A DNA stretch of 41,316 nt from a bacterium CG2_30_37_16 (GTDB lineage Bacteria; Patescibacteriota; CPR2), in contig MNYC01000006.1 in the NCBI GenBank assembly GCA_001872945.1, positions 1 to 41,316 of the forward strand, given 5' to 3'. Shown piece after piece: positions 15,556 to 24,385 of this stretch. Positions within the stretch are counted from its first letter, which is position 1; the number at the start of each line of letters is the position of its first letter. A program made the translations under genes and the position numbers. The notes under the pieces are model-generated. The model was given only the letters and a program-made list of their open reading frames with translations, was not told the DNA's origin and searched no databases.

Positions 15556-15632
15556 TGGTGGGCCCGATCCGACTCGAACGGACGACCTCTACGATGTCAA
15601 CGTAGCGCTCTAACCAGCTGAGCTACGGGCCC
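15556..15632 (-). tRNA. tRNA-Val (anticodon GAC), CCA encoded
   Basis: The minus strand reads GGGCCCGTAGCTCAGCTGGTTAGAGCGCTACGTTGACATCGTAGAGGTCGTCCGTTCGAGTCGGATCGGGCCCACCA. It folds as a cloverleaf with a 7-bp acceptor stem, a CTACG/CGTAG anticodon stem, loop TTGACAT and a GTTCGAGTC T-loop. Confidence 0.9.
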
Positions 15633-15648
15633 TTATCAATTAACAGTT

Positions 15649-15717
15649 AACAATAAACAAATAACAATTAAGTAAAGGCGTTCTTACTGTTTATTGCTTC
15701 TTGCTTATTGTTTTTTT
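15649..15717. repeat. AT-rich imperfect palindrome followed by a T7 run
   Basis: AACAATAAACAAATAACAATTAAGTAA (15649-15675) faces TTACTGTTTATTGCTTCTTGCTTATTGTT (15684-15712) around AGGCGTTC. TTTTT follows. Confidence 0.45.
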
Positions 15718-15793
15718 GACTCAAACAATATACCAAAATTGTGTTCAAAAGTAAATGATTCGAAGCTAAACTTTGACGCTATTTCGGTAATGC

Positions 15794-15822
15794 TTGAACA
15801 AATATTAAAATAATGCTAAAAT
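15794..15822 (+). promoter_or_regulatory. sigma70-type promoter for the CdaR-like gene pair
   Basis: TTGAAC (15794-15799), a 17-nt spacer, then TAAAAT (15817-15822). Confidence 0.45.
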
Positions 15823-15866
15823 TTGTGCAAAGTAACAAATGAATTAAACTTTTGAAAGGGTAGCCA

Positions 15867-17009
15867 ATGTTAAATTCAAGCGTAAGCACTATAATTGCTC
15901 AAAAAATCAGCCCAATAATTTCTAAGAAAATTGTGCTAATTGACAAAAAGGGTCATTACCTTGCCAGTACTTATCCGGCCAACAGAACTAAAATTTATGA
16001 GATCTCAAAAGACCCGACCATTTTTCCCATTTACCAAAACGGATCAATTTCCGGTTACGTTAAAATTGATGAGCCTTTGTCAGTGGCTAAACCCTTAGCC
16101 ACAGCCGTAAAGTCTATGGTAGAACTTTTGGTCAATCAAATTGAGATGTCTGAAAACATTAGTTCCAAAGACCAGCGGCAGGACAAATTAATTTATGATA
16201 TTTTAAATAATGAAAATTTAGACGAAGATATTGCGCAGGCCGAAGCTAGAATTTTTGATATCAATCTGACGCATCCCAGAATTGTCCTTACGGTTTTAAT
16301 TGACGGAGAGAAGAAAGAAGAGCTTTTTAAAGATGACTTATCCATGCAGGACAAAGAATTAATATTAGGGCGCTATAAAAAAGGGATCCAGCGAGGTTTT
16401 GTTTCTTTTTACACGAGGCTAAACAGTAATGTAATTGCTTACTTTGGAAAAAATTTGTTCGTTGTTCTAAAGGATTTGGGAGAAAGAAAAGAAGAAAAAA
16501 AGAATGCCCTTCAGTTCGAAACCACCCTAAAAACAATCCATCAAATTATAAAAGATGAATTAAGATGCAATGTTACAATCGGCGTCGGTTCTTATCATCA
16601 TGGAATAAAGGGACTTAAAGACTCTTTTAAGGAAGCCTACCTTGCTTCCGAACTTGGTGAAGAACTTTGGGGCAGCGGAAAGGTGTTTAACATTAACGAT
16701 TTTGGGGTGGTGGCGCCGCTTCTTTCGGGTCTAAACGAAAAGAACCTCCAATTTTCTCAGAGGATGTTAAAAAAAATAGCTAAAGATGAAGAAATGGGAA
16801 AAACCGTCGAAGTTTTCCTAGATTCCAACATGTCTTTAACCAAGACATCCAAAATTTTAAAAATTCATCGGAATACCTTGGTTTACAGGTTGGATAAAAT
16901 TACTGAAAATTTGGGGCTTGATCCGCGAAATTTTGAGGATGCGGTTCAATTAAAGCTTGCCATGTTATTTAACCAATTTTCGGCGGGCAGCGAGGTGGTG
17001 GTAAAATGA
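15867..17009 (+). CDS. CdaR/PucR-family transcriptional regulator (diacid-recognition N-domain plus PucR C-terminal HTH)
   Basis: The N-terminus (IAQKISPIISKKIVLIDKKGHYLAS) resembles the CdaR sugar-diacid recognition domain. The C-terminus (NMSLTKTSKILKIHRNTLVYRLDKITENLGLDPRNFEDAVQLKLA) is a PucR-type HTH. Confidence 0.8.
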   Translation: MLNSSVSTIIAQKISPIISKKIVLIDKKGHYLASTYPANRTKIYEISKDPTIFPIYQNGSISGYVKIDEPLSVAKPLATAVKSMVELLVNQIEMSENISSKDQRQDKLIYDILNNENLDEDIAQAEARIFDINLTHPRIVLTVLIDGEKKEELFKDDLSMQDKELILGRYKKGIQRGFVSFYTRLNSNVIAYFGKNLFVVLKDLGERKEEKKNALQFETTLKTIHQIIKDELRCNVTIGVGSYHHGIKGLKDSFKEAYLASELGEELWGSGKVFNINDFGVVAPLLSGLNEKNLQFSQRMLKKIAKDEEMGKTVEVFLDSNMSLTKTSKILKIHRNTLVYRLDKITENLGLDPRNFEDAVQLKLAMLFNQFSAGSEVVVK

Positions 17010-18178
17010 ACCTAAATAGAGATGTTGCCAAACAAATAACCGAAAAAACCAAGCAAATCTTGGGAAAGAAAATAATTATAACAGATGAAAAGGGGTCAGT
17101 TATATTTGGGGCTAGGCCCGGCGACTTTAACCTTTATGCCTATCAGTCAATACTTCGAAAAAGCGTGATAGAGGAAAAAAACGATGAACGTACGACGTGG
17201 TCGCCACTAACATATGAAGGTCAGGTAATCGGAGCGGTTGGCATTGAGGGTGCCTTTAAAGAGATTAAAAAGGATACCATAGACCTTATTCAAGGCCTGT
17301 CGGAGGTTCTTATTTATCAAGAGATCTTGCTTTGCCGAATTTATTCTATTGATAGGGCAAGGTCGGGGTTTATAAGAGAAGTGCTTTTGGAAGACACTTT
17401 AACCGACGAAAATCAAATTTATGACCAGGCAGATATTTTGCGAATCAATCTTAAGGCCAATCAGGCTGTAATTTTGGGTTACGTGAAGGGTCTGGAAGAA
17501 AATTTTCTTTCATCCCTGCAAAAACTTTCGCAAGAAGAAAAAATGGCCAAATTTGAAGAGCATATTTCAAAGATTTTGGCAGATATTCGGAAAGCTTTCG
17601 AAGATAATGATCAAAATGTGCCGGTTTACTTTGGAAACAATCTGTTTTTACTTTTAAAAGGGATTAGGGGAAGTAAAATTACAACAGAAAACTCAACCCG
17701 GTTTTTCAAGAGTAAGGGTGAGTATTTCATGGATAAATTAAAAGAAATAACCGGGATAGAAGATATTACGGTTGGTGTTGGTCAATTTTATCCCGGCCTA
17801 GAAGGTCTTAAAAATTCTTTTAATGATGCAAAACTGGCCCTAGAAATTGGTTGCAAAATTTGGGGACCGGGTAAGCTGTATCATATCTTGGATGTCGGAA
17901 TTTTTATCAGTCTCGCGCCTATCTCCCACCAGCGTAAATCGGATTTGACCTACCAATTGTTAAAACCACTTTTAGATGATGTGGAACTTAAAAAAACCGT
18001 CGATGTCTTCCTTACAAACGGGATGAATTTAACGGAAGCGGCAGAAGAACTCCATGTTCATAGAAATACGCTTATTTACCGCCTTGATAAAGTAAAGAAA
18101 GTTATTAAGCTGGACCCCAGGACTTTTAATGGGGCGATGCAGATTAAACTTGGTTTAATGTTATCCTCTCTAAAATAA
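17006..18178 (+). CDS. CdaR/PucR-family transcriptional regulator, paralog
   Basis: Same architecture as the upstream gene (VAKQITEKTKQILGKKIIITDEKGSVI ... GMNLTEAAEELHVHRNTLIYRLDKVKKVIKLDPRTFNGAMQIKLG). ATGA overlaps the upstream gene. Confidence 0.8.
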   Translation: MNLNRDVAKQITEKTKQILGKKIIITDEKGSVIFGARPGDFNLYAYQSILRKSVIEEKNDERTTWSPLTYEGQVIGAVGIEGAFKEIKKDTIDLIQGLSEVLIYQEILLCRIYSIDRARSGFIREVLLEDTLTDENQIYDQADILRINLKANQAVILGYVKGLEENFLSSLQKLSQEEKMAKFEEHISKILADIRKAFEDNDQNVPVYFGNNLFLLLKGIRGSKITTENSTRFFKSKGEYFMDKLKEITGIEDITVGVGQFYPGLEGLKNSFNDAKLALEIGCKIWGPGKLYHILDVGIFISLAPISHQRKSDLTYQLLKPLLDDVELKKTVDVFLTNGMNLTEAAEELHVHRNTLIYRLDKVKKVIKLDPRTFNGAMQIKLGLMLSSLK

Positions 18179-18239
18179 AAAAATTTACATATTGGCCAAT
18201 GATTATTTTGGGCCAATTATTTATAGTGAAAACATCAAC

Positions 18240-18372
18240 CTGCCTTGTGCGAGTTGGTGCTCCAATATAAAAAAACAAATCTCTCTTTTAAAGTGGCCGT
18301 GGCCCTTTTATGGGGAGAAAAACGTATAAAAATGAGCATCTAACAAACGGCAAGGCAGATTTTGCTTTTTTA
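18240..18372 (+). other. long-range hairpin / possible structured RNA or atypical terminator
   Basis: CTGCCTTG (18240-18247) pairs with CAAGGCAG (18351-18358) across ~100 nt that contains inner helices. ATTTTGCTTTTTT follows. Confidence 0.3.
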
Positions 18373-18389
18373 AAGCCTTTATAATTCTA

Positions 18390-18418
18390 TTGACATGAAG
18401 CCTTCATCTCGCTATTTA
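18390..18418 (+). promoter_or_regulatory. sigma70-type promoter
   Basis: TTGACA (18390-18395), a 17-nt spacer, then TATTTA (18413-18418). Confidence 0.45.
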
Positions 18419-18464
18419 ATAGGTTAGAGGGAAATTATCGCCCTCGAGTCTAATTAGAAAGGAG

Positions 18465-19148
18465 GTGAAGATGATGAATACCATTTCTTGGACAGATGCC
18501 GCAGATAAAATTTCGGGTTCTTTGCAACAGGTAGTTGACTATATTCCTAACGTATTTACGTTTGTAGTCATAATTTTGCTTGGTATACTTTTTGGTTGGG
18601 CAGTGCAAACCCTGATTGTCAGAGGTTTAAAGGCGCTTAACTTAAAGCCTTATATTGACAAGTTAGGTCTTAAAACTATTTATCCGGCCAAATTTGATTT
18701 TATCGAGTTTTTGGGCGACCTAGCTCAGTGGATTGTTATTATCGCATTTTTACTGCCGGCATTAGAAGCGTTAAATATCTCGGACGGAACTTTAAGTCCC
18801 GTTTCTGATATAGTTAGCTTTTTGCCAAAAGTAATAATCGCCTCTGTCATATTCCTAGTTGGTGTTGTAGTCGCTGACTTTTTATCGAGAGCCGTTGAAG
18901 GTGTTGCAGCTGCTTTAAAAGCAAAACAATCCAGATTTTTGGCCGACATGGTCAGATGGCTTGTTGTAATTGCCGCTTTCCTTCTTGCTCTAAATAAAAT
19001 TGAAATAGTCGGGATCAACATTCTAGACGTTATGACTCAAGGCTTAGTTTACGGCTTTACGGCTGCATTTGCTATTGCCTTCGGCTTTGGCGGACAAGAC
19101 GTTGCCAGAGATATCCTTCAGAGATTTAGAAAGAATTTGCCGAAATAG
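18465..19148 (+). CDS. membrane protein with conserved-TM-helix repeats (mechanosensitive-channel-associated type)
   Basis: About 225 aa with 4-5 TM segments; repeated pattern ...IPNVFTFVVIILLGILFGW... / ...LPKVIIASVIFLVGVVVADF.... The likely start is ATG 18471, after AGGAGG. Confidence 0.55.
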   Translation: MKMMNTISWTDAADKISGSLQQVVDYIPNVFTFVVIILLGILFGWAVQTLIVRGLKALNLKPYIDKLGLKTIYPAKFDFIEFLGDLAQWIVIIAFLLPALEALNISDGTLSPVSDIVSFLPKVIIASVIFLVGVVVADFLSRAVEGVAAALKAKQSRFLADMVRWLVVIAAFLLALNKIEIVGINILDVMTQGLVYGFTAAFAIAFGFGGQDVARDILQRFRKNLPK

Positions 19149-19159
19149 AAAAACAAAAA

Positions 19160-19217
19160 ACACCCTCATTCCTATTATCCCCCTCCTTTTGGGAGGGGCT
19201 AGGGGAGGGTGTTTTTA
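19160..19217 (+). terminator. nested-hairpin terminator module (repeat copy 1)
   Basis: The outer stem is ACACCCTC/GAGGGTGT and the inner stem is CCCCTCC-tttt-GGAGGGG, followed by TTTTT. A ~60-nt homolog lies at 38664-38721. Confidence 0.65.
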
Positions 19218-19671
19218 ATGTCAAATTTCAAATAACAAATGTCAAATAAAGCACTAATTTCTAAATCCTAAATACTAAACAATATCAAAAAATATAAGTT
19301 CAAAACCTAAGCGATTAGAAACTACCTTCATCTTTAAGTCGTCATTCCCGTCTTCGACTCTCTTTCGACCATGAGCTCAAGACCGAATGGTGAGGGATGA
19401 GCCCTCGGGGCTCAGACTCGATGAGCGGAGGCGGGAATCTAGAATGCACTAGAGCAAACATAATAACTGGATTTCCGATCCCTTCTTCGCTACGCTTCGT
19501 CAGGGCAGGCAGGTTGGGAATAACGATTCCGGGGTTTTTATTGTCTTTTTAATAATTGAATAATTGTTAATTGATTGAAAATTGCAAAATTGATAATTTA
19601 AAATTAATTGGACCAATTAGGATTTAGAAATTAGTGCTTTATTTGGTATTTGGCATTTGTAATTTGGAATT
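19217..19671. repeat. 455-bp composite palindromic (MITE-like) element: long AT-rich inverted arms enclosing GC-rich repeat copy C
   Basis: There is a perfect 28-bp inverted repeat: AAATAAAGCACTAATTTCTAAATCCTAA (19244-19271) and its reverse complement (19617-19644). The arms extend imperfectly to 19217 and 19671. The core at 19341-19518 is the GTCATTCCCG...GCGGGAAT...GGGCAGGCAGG module with an 84-nt insert in the first hairpin loop. Confidence 0.7.
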
Positions 19672-19694
19672 CCCAAATCCTAAAGTTTTTGGGT

Positions 19695-20624
19695 TTATTT
19701 TTTATAAAAATCTGCTGCATCTTCTGGAAAGACGGGATTTATGATTACGCCTGATCCTATTTCGAAACCGCCCCAAACATTCATGCGGCTGGCAATCTTC
19801 AACCTGAAATGGTGGTCGTTATGGGGAAGGGAATCGTGAATAAAAAAGTTATACGGTATTTCCTCTGTGTCTAATCTTGAGGTTGCAATTTTTAAAGCTT
19901 TGGCTATTGAAAGTCTTTCTTCCGGTGTCAGGTCTTCAAGCTTATTTTTATGTGCTTTTGGCAGTACCCATAGAGCATATGGTGAGGAAGACGCCCAAGG
20001 ACAAAGTGCCACAACATTATCATCATCAAACACAATCCGTTCTTTTTCTTTCAGTTCTTTTTTAATGATGTCGCAGTATGCGCAGCTGCCGTTTTCACAA
20101 CAATACTTATCCATGGCCATGGTGTCCGCCATCATGTGATGGGGGATATATTCCAAGCCGATAATTTGCGAATGGGCGTGGGGGATAGAAGCTCCGGCTT
20201 TACCGCCGTCATTTTTAAACACCTGAACATAATTTATGTTCTCTAACTCGTTTATAGCTTTTATTCTGGCGGCATATACGTCCAAGACGGTTCTAATATG
20301 TTCGGGGGAAAGATCGCAAAAATCTTCGCCGTGGTTGGGGGTGTCTATAACTATTTCTTGTTTACCGTAGGCTTTTTTATTGGTTAAAGAAAGGGCGGGG
20401 AACTTATTTTCAACTACCTTAACCAGCCATTTGCCGCCAACGTCAATTTTATAAACGGCCTTGTCTTCGTCTGGTCCGGGGCAAAAGAAACAGTTTTCTT
20501 TAAACTGCTCTTTTCTTTTAGCGTCTTCTTCGGAGATCTTATGAGGTCTTAAGCCTCTCTTTGGTGCAAAAATAACGTATTTGTCGCCAAAAAAACTCTT
20601 TCTAATCTCACTTATTTTCTTCAT
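19695..20624 (-). CDS. galT: galactose-1-phosphate uridylyltransferase family (HIT-superfamily nucleotidyltransferase)
   Basis: CFFCPG zinc motif, ENKFPAL, the HAHSQI (HxHxQ) active site and a second half-domain. The 309-aa short form could instead be an ADP-glucose phosphorylase-type enzyme. Confidence 0.75.
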   Translation of the reverse strand: MKKISEIRKSFFGDKYVIFAPKRGLRPHKISEEDAKRKEQFKENCFFCPGPDEDKAVYKIDVGGKWLVKVVENKFPALSLTNKKAYGKQEIVIDTPNHGEDFCDLSPEHIRTVLDVYAARIKAINELENINYVQVFKNDGGKAGASIPHAHSQIIGLEYIPHHMMADTMAMDKYCCENGSCAYCDIIKKELKEKERIVFDDDNVVALCPWASSSPYALWVLPKAHKNKLEDLTPEERLSIAKALKIATSRLDTEEIPYNFFIHDSLPHNDHHFRLKIASRMNVWGGFEIGSGVIINPVFPEDAADFYKK

Positions 20625-21246
20625 ATTTTTTCCTTTTTTTACGTTTAACTATATTGTAGATGAATTTATAACCGATGTAAAAAAAGAACCCAAAACCGAT
20701 GAAGAACAAAATTAAAAAAATCAAATTTCGTAAGTGAGGATAGTGTGTCCAATAGTAAAATGCGATTTGAGTTGCTTTCATTTCCAAAATTGACATAAAA
20801 ATGAGACCGATTAAAGTCCATGTGGCATAAGTTTTGTATCGTACCTTGGCAAAACCCGCTATCATAGCGGTGAAAGGGCGGATATAGCCGATGAGTTGTC
20901 CGCCTAGTATTGCCACGGCGCCATACTCATCAAACCATTTCTGAAGTTTTTTTTGGGCATGAATAACAGTATCTCTCTTTTGCATCCTTTTTGCATAAAT
21001 ACTTTCTCCGGTTCTGGCTAAGATATAAGAGGTTACGGAACCTGAAAACTTAGAAAGAACGGCAAATAAAATAGCCATAAAAAAACTGATTTTGCCGGTG
21101 TTAACATAGGTTGTAAGTAAAAGTACGGCAGCGATAGTTGGCAAAGGAATACCCATGTTTTCAAAAAAGAATGTTACAAAAATTCCGACATAACCGAATT
21201 GTCCAATAAAGTTAATTTGTTTTCCCAGTTCAGGTATGATATCCAT
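20608..21246 (-). CDS. DedA/SNARE-associated family membrane protein
   Basis: FFENMGIPLP and GYIRPFTAMIAGFAKVRY motifs; 4-5 TM segments. It overlaps galT by 17 nt. Confidence 0.8.
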   Translation of the reverse strand: MDIIPELGKQINFIGQFGYVGIFVTFFFENMGIPLPTIAAVLLLTTYVNTGKISFFMAILFAVLSKFSGSVTSYILARTGESIYAKRMQKRDTVIHAQKKLQKWFDEYGAVAILGGQLIGYIRPFTAMIAGFAKVRYKTYATWTLIGLIFMSILEMKATQIAFYYWTHYPHLRNLIFLILFFIGFGFFFYIGYKFIYNIVKRKKRKKYEENK

Positions 21247-21250
21247 TTTT

Positions 21251-22066
21251 TTATTCTATCACAAACAATTCGTTTTTTCTTATTGAACTTTGAAGCAAAA
21301 TTCTAGGCCATACCATTTTTAATTGAGATTTATATTGCAATACAGCTTCTGTCTTATTGTCGAGGGTGTTTGTGGTAAGGTAAAATTTTTGCCATTTGTA
21401 TTTGACGTTCATTAGCTTTACTGGGGGCAGCATGTGTTTTGTCGGGTAAAGTCCTTCGGGGCGCGGCCAATATTGAAAATGAACTAAATAACGGTATTTT
21501 AAAATTTTTGAATAATCGGAGGCAGCGTAAATTTCGTCAATTGTTTCAGCGGCAGCCCTGTGATCTACGTGACTATCTTCCACTAGTGGACTGAATATAA
21601 TTGTTGGTTTAAAATCATCAATGTCAATTTTTGCTTTTTTAGAAAATTCACTTTTGTGGTTCTTTAGTTTAGAATCGGGGAAATCATAAAACTTGATATT
21701 TTTCTCATTAACGCCGATAATGCTGGTAACTTTTTTAAGTTCGGCATATCTCGTTTTTTTAAGTTTGCGTCTGTTTCCGTCTGTGATGCAAATAATTTCT
21801 ACTTTTGCGCCTATTGAAACTGCCTGGTGCATAAAACCGCCGGCAGCAATAGTTTCATCGTCGGGATGCGGTGAAAAAACTAAAATGCGGTCGCTGGATT
21901 TGGGGGCGGGAATTTCGTCCAAGAGGTTTGATAAAGGATCGGGTAGTACACCATAATATTTAAAGTATATTGTAAAAGAAACAAAACAAACGGTTCCAAA
22001 GGCTAAAAGGGATATCAAAACTACTCGGTATTTTTGCGGTATTTTGTTAAAACTCTTTTTAACCAT
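21251..22066 (-). CDS. PIG-L/LmbE-family N-acetylglucosaminyl deacetylase with N-terminal TM anchor
   Basis: VFSPHPDDETIAAGG and HVDHRAA motifs. Confidence 0.8.
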   Translation of the reverse strand: MVKKSFNKIPQKYRVVLISLLAFGTVCFVSFTIYFKYYGVLPDPLSNLLDEIPAPKSSDRILVFSPHPDDETIAAGGFMHQAVSIGAKVEIICITDGNRRKLKKTRYAELKKVTSIIGVNEKNIKFYDFPDSKLKNHKSEFSKKAKIDIDDFKPTIIFSPLVEDSHVDHRAAAETIDEIYAASDYSKILKYRYLVHFQYWPRPEGLYPTKHMLPPVKLMNVKYKWQKFYLTTNTLDNKTEAVLQYKSQLKMVWPRILLQSSIRKNELFVIE

Positions 22067-22168
22067 AGCGATAATATTATAGCAAGGATAAAGTCATTTT
22101 AAAATTGTTATTAACTCTTTTTAAAAACTGTTGTACAATCCGGTTGCAATCAGCAGGAAGGACTAAGT

Positions 22169-24271
22169 ATGGCAAGAAAAGGAAAAATATCTCATAAAAG
22201 GCGAAAAGAGCTAGCTGAAAAGAAAGAAGCATTTTTTAAGAATTTAATGCAATCTGGTTGGATGGGTTTTTTGTTTTTGCTGCCGTTTTTAAGGTCGGAG
22301 ACTTTTTTCGGCGTGGAGTCGCCAAAATTTTTCCTCAGTGTAATTGTTATTTTTTTACTTTGTATAATTGCGATTATTGGTTACTTAAAGAAAAAAATTG
22401 ATATACCATTCTCAAAGAAATTTATTATACTTGGAGCTTTTCTGGCTGCCATTTTGTTGGCCACCCTTAATTCCGTGGATAAATTGGTTAGTTTCCTTGG
22501 CATGTATCCGCATTTTCATACTGGATTTTTAGCCTTTCTGTTATGTGTTTTATTATTTTTTATAATAATTTTAAGCAGGCCCACCAAAGATGACATAGAC
22601 AGGTTTCTAAAAGTATTTGTTATTATTTCCGGCATCATTTCTCTTCAGGCAATTTTAGAGGTTTTGGGCTTATTTTTCGTTGGTGACGCGGTGGCTTTTG
22701 AATCCGGACGAGCAAAAGGAATGCTGCAGAATTCGGACATCACGTTGTCTTACTTGTTGTTTGTTTATCCTTTTTCTTTTTACTATTATTTAAAAGAGAA
22801 AAAATCGGAAATAAAATTAGCTCTTGGGTTTGCAATTGTCTCCGGCGCGTATGCAATTTTTAGGTTATTGCCTCAAGGAATGCAGGAAATTTTTTTAAAA
22901 AACACTGCCGGAAATGCTATTTTTGCTCTTTCGATATTATCGCTTTTAGCTTTCTTTATGTGGCCGCGAATTGGAAAGAAAATAAGGATTGGCAATTTAA
23001 TTAAAAATAATAAGAAGAAGATTTTTTTAAGTTTAAGCTTCCTACTAGCACTGGGAATAGGCTTAACCTATAATTTAGGTAATGGTAGTATTGCGGATTT
23101 TGCGAGTAATTCTTCTAATGTGCAGCGTTTCTGGGGTTGGAAAGCGGGAATAGAAAACGGAAAAGAACATTTTTTAACCGGCACCGGTCCGGGAACAATA
23201 TCTTACTTTCTGCCAAAAATAAGAGAAAAAATTCCATTTGAGGGTTGGGATGATAATACAACTACCAATAATGTCCACAATGAGCCAATAGATTATTTCG
23301 CCATGGATGGCATACTGGGACTTTCCGGATATTTATTGTGGTGGGGTTTTATAGTTTACTTACTGGTTAAAGGCTTAAAAACAGAGCATAAACTGTTCTT
23401 TGGATTTTCTATTATGTCAATGTTCTTGTTTTTTGGCTTCAATATGTTTTTGTTTGCCTCTATTGCCACTATGTTTTTGCCATGGATGATGGCCGCCTTT
23501 GCCTTTATAATTTACGGCACTGTGTCTTACAGGCCCATGAGTAAGGAGATAAACTTTTCTTTAACTCGGAAATTCTCATTGTCAGCTGCTGTTTTAATCT
23601 CGGTAGTATTTATAGTTGGCAGTTTAGTTTACTGGGTGGCGGATTATAATTATGGACTCGGATTTAAAGATTCGGATAAGTCAGACTATCCAAAAAGGGC
23701 GGCTAAATATATAAAGCGGGCTGTTAGTCTTTTTCCTTTAAACGATAATTATCATCTTTATTACAGCTATTATGCTTACCAGAATTTTGCAACGGACAAC
23801 GATACCAGCAATGAAAGGAAAATGATTGAGAAAAAAGGCGAAGCTGGAAAGATTTTAAGTCATGCTAGAAGAGTAGTTGACTTAAAACCCTTAAACGCAA
23901 GAGGTTGGACGAATTATGGTATGATTTTACTTGGATTTCAAAAATTAGAGGGAAACCGTGCATTGGCTGAAGACGCGTATAAAAAAGCTTTAGAAAAGGA
24001 TCCTCATAGCGAAATAATACACATGCAGATCTCGCAGGGCTACTGGTATGTGGGTGAAAAAGCGAAGGCGGAAGGATATGTGAAGCAAGCAATTAAATTA
24101 TCGGGAAAGCCCACCCGGACTCAATGCTATATGGTTCTAGCCAAGTTTTACATGAACGACAAGAAGAAGAAAGAAGCTCTTACCGCCTTTACCGAAGCAA
24201 AAAAATGGGCAAATAGCAAACAACTGGAAGAAATTAATTACTTTTCGGATGTGTTAAATGGCAAAGAATAG
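22169..24271 (+). CDS. O-antigen ligase (Wzy_C)-like polytopic membrane protein with C-terminal TPR domain
   Basis: About 10-12 TM segments, an HNEPIDYFAMDGILGLSG (HN..L....E.G..G) loop motif, and C-terminal TPR-like repeats (ALAEDAYKKALEKDP...). Confidence 0.75.
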   Translation: MARKGKISHKRRKELAEKKEAFFKNLMQSGWMGFLFLLPFLRSETFFGVESPKFFLSVIVIFLLCIIAIIGYLKKKIDIPFSKKFIILGAFLAAILLATLNSVDKLVSFLGMYPHFHTGFLAFLLCVLLFFIIILSRPTKDDIDRFLKVFVIISGIISLQAILEVLGLFFVGDAVAFESGRAKGMLQNSDITLSYLLFVYPFSFYYYLKEKKSEIKLALGFAIVSGAYAIFRLLPQGMQEIFLKNTAGNAIFALSILSLLAFFMWPRIGKKIRIGNLIKNNKKKIFLSLSFLLALGIGLTYNLGNGSIADFASNSSNVQRFWGWKAGIENGKEHFLTGTGPGTISYFLPKIREKIPFEGWDDNTTTNNVHNEPIDYFAMDGILGLSGYLLWWGFIVYLLVKGLKTEHKLFFGFSIMSMFLFFGFNMFLFASIATMFLPWMMAAFAFIIYGTVSYRPMSKEINFSLTRKFSLSAAVLISVVFIVGSLVYWVADYNYGLGFKDSDKSDYPKRAAKYIKRAVSLFPLNDNYHLYYSYYAYQNFATDNDTSNERKMIEKKGEAGKILSHARRVVDLKPLNARGWTNYGMILLGFQKLEGNRALAEDAYKKALEKDPHSEIIHMQISQGYWYVGEKAKAEGYVKQAIKLSGKPTRTQCYMVLAKFYMNDKKKKEALTAFTEAKKWANSKQLEEINYFSDVLNGKE

Positions 24272-24385
24272 GTGGTAAAATAAATATATGTTGATTGTTC
24301 GGCGCCAAGAAGTATTAGTAATTGTTATAGAGTTTTATTTTGAGTCAGTATTTGACATAATGTAAACTAAAGAGGAGTGAAATAT

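Noticed and set aside
13892-15632. tRNA-Val-targeted genomic island covering the small-protein/MaoC operon
   Set aside because: No integrase is present, and I found no direct repeat of the tRNA 3' half anywhere between 13400 and 15555.
19341-19518. GC-rich islands (also 38843-39137) as housekeeping RNAs (RNase P, SRP/4.5S, tmRNA, 6S)
   Set aside because: None of the diagnostic motifs I know are present: the GAGGAAAGUCCGGGC-type P4 region, the SRP domain IV GGAA/AGCA loops, or a tRNA-like tmRNA end. The sequences are multi-copy repeats.
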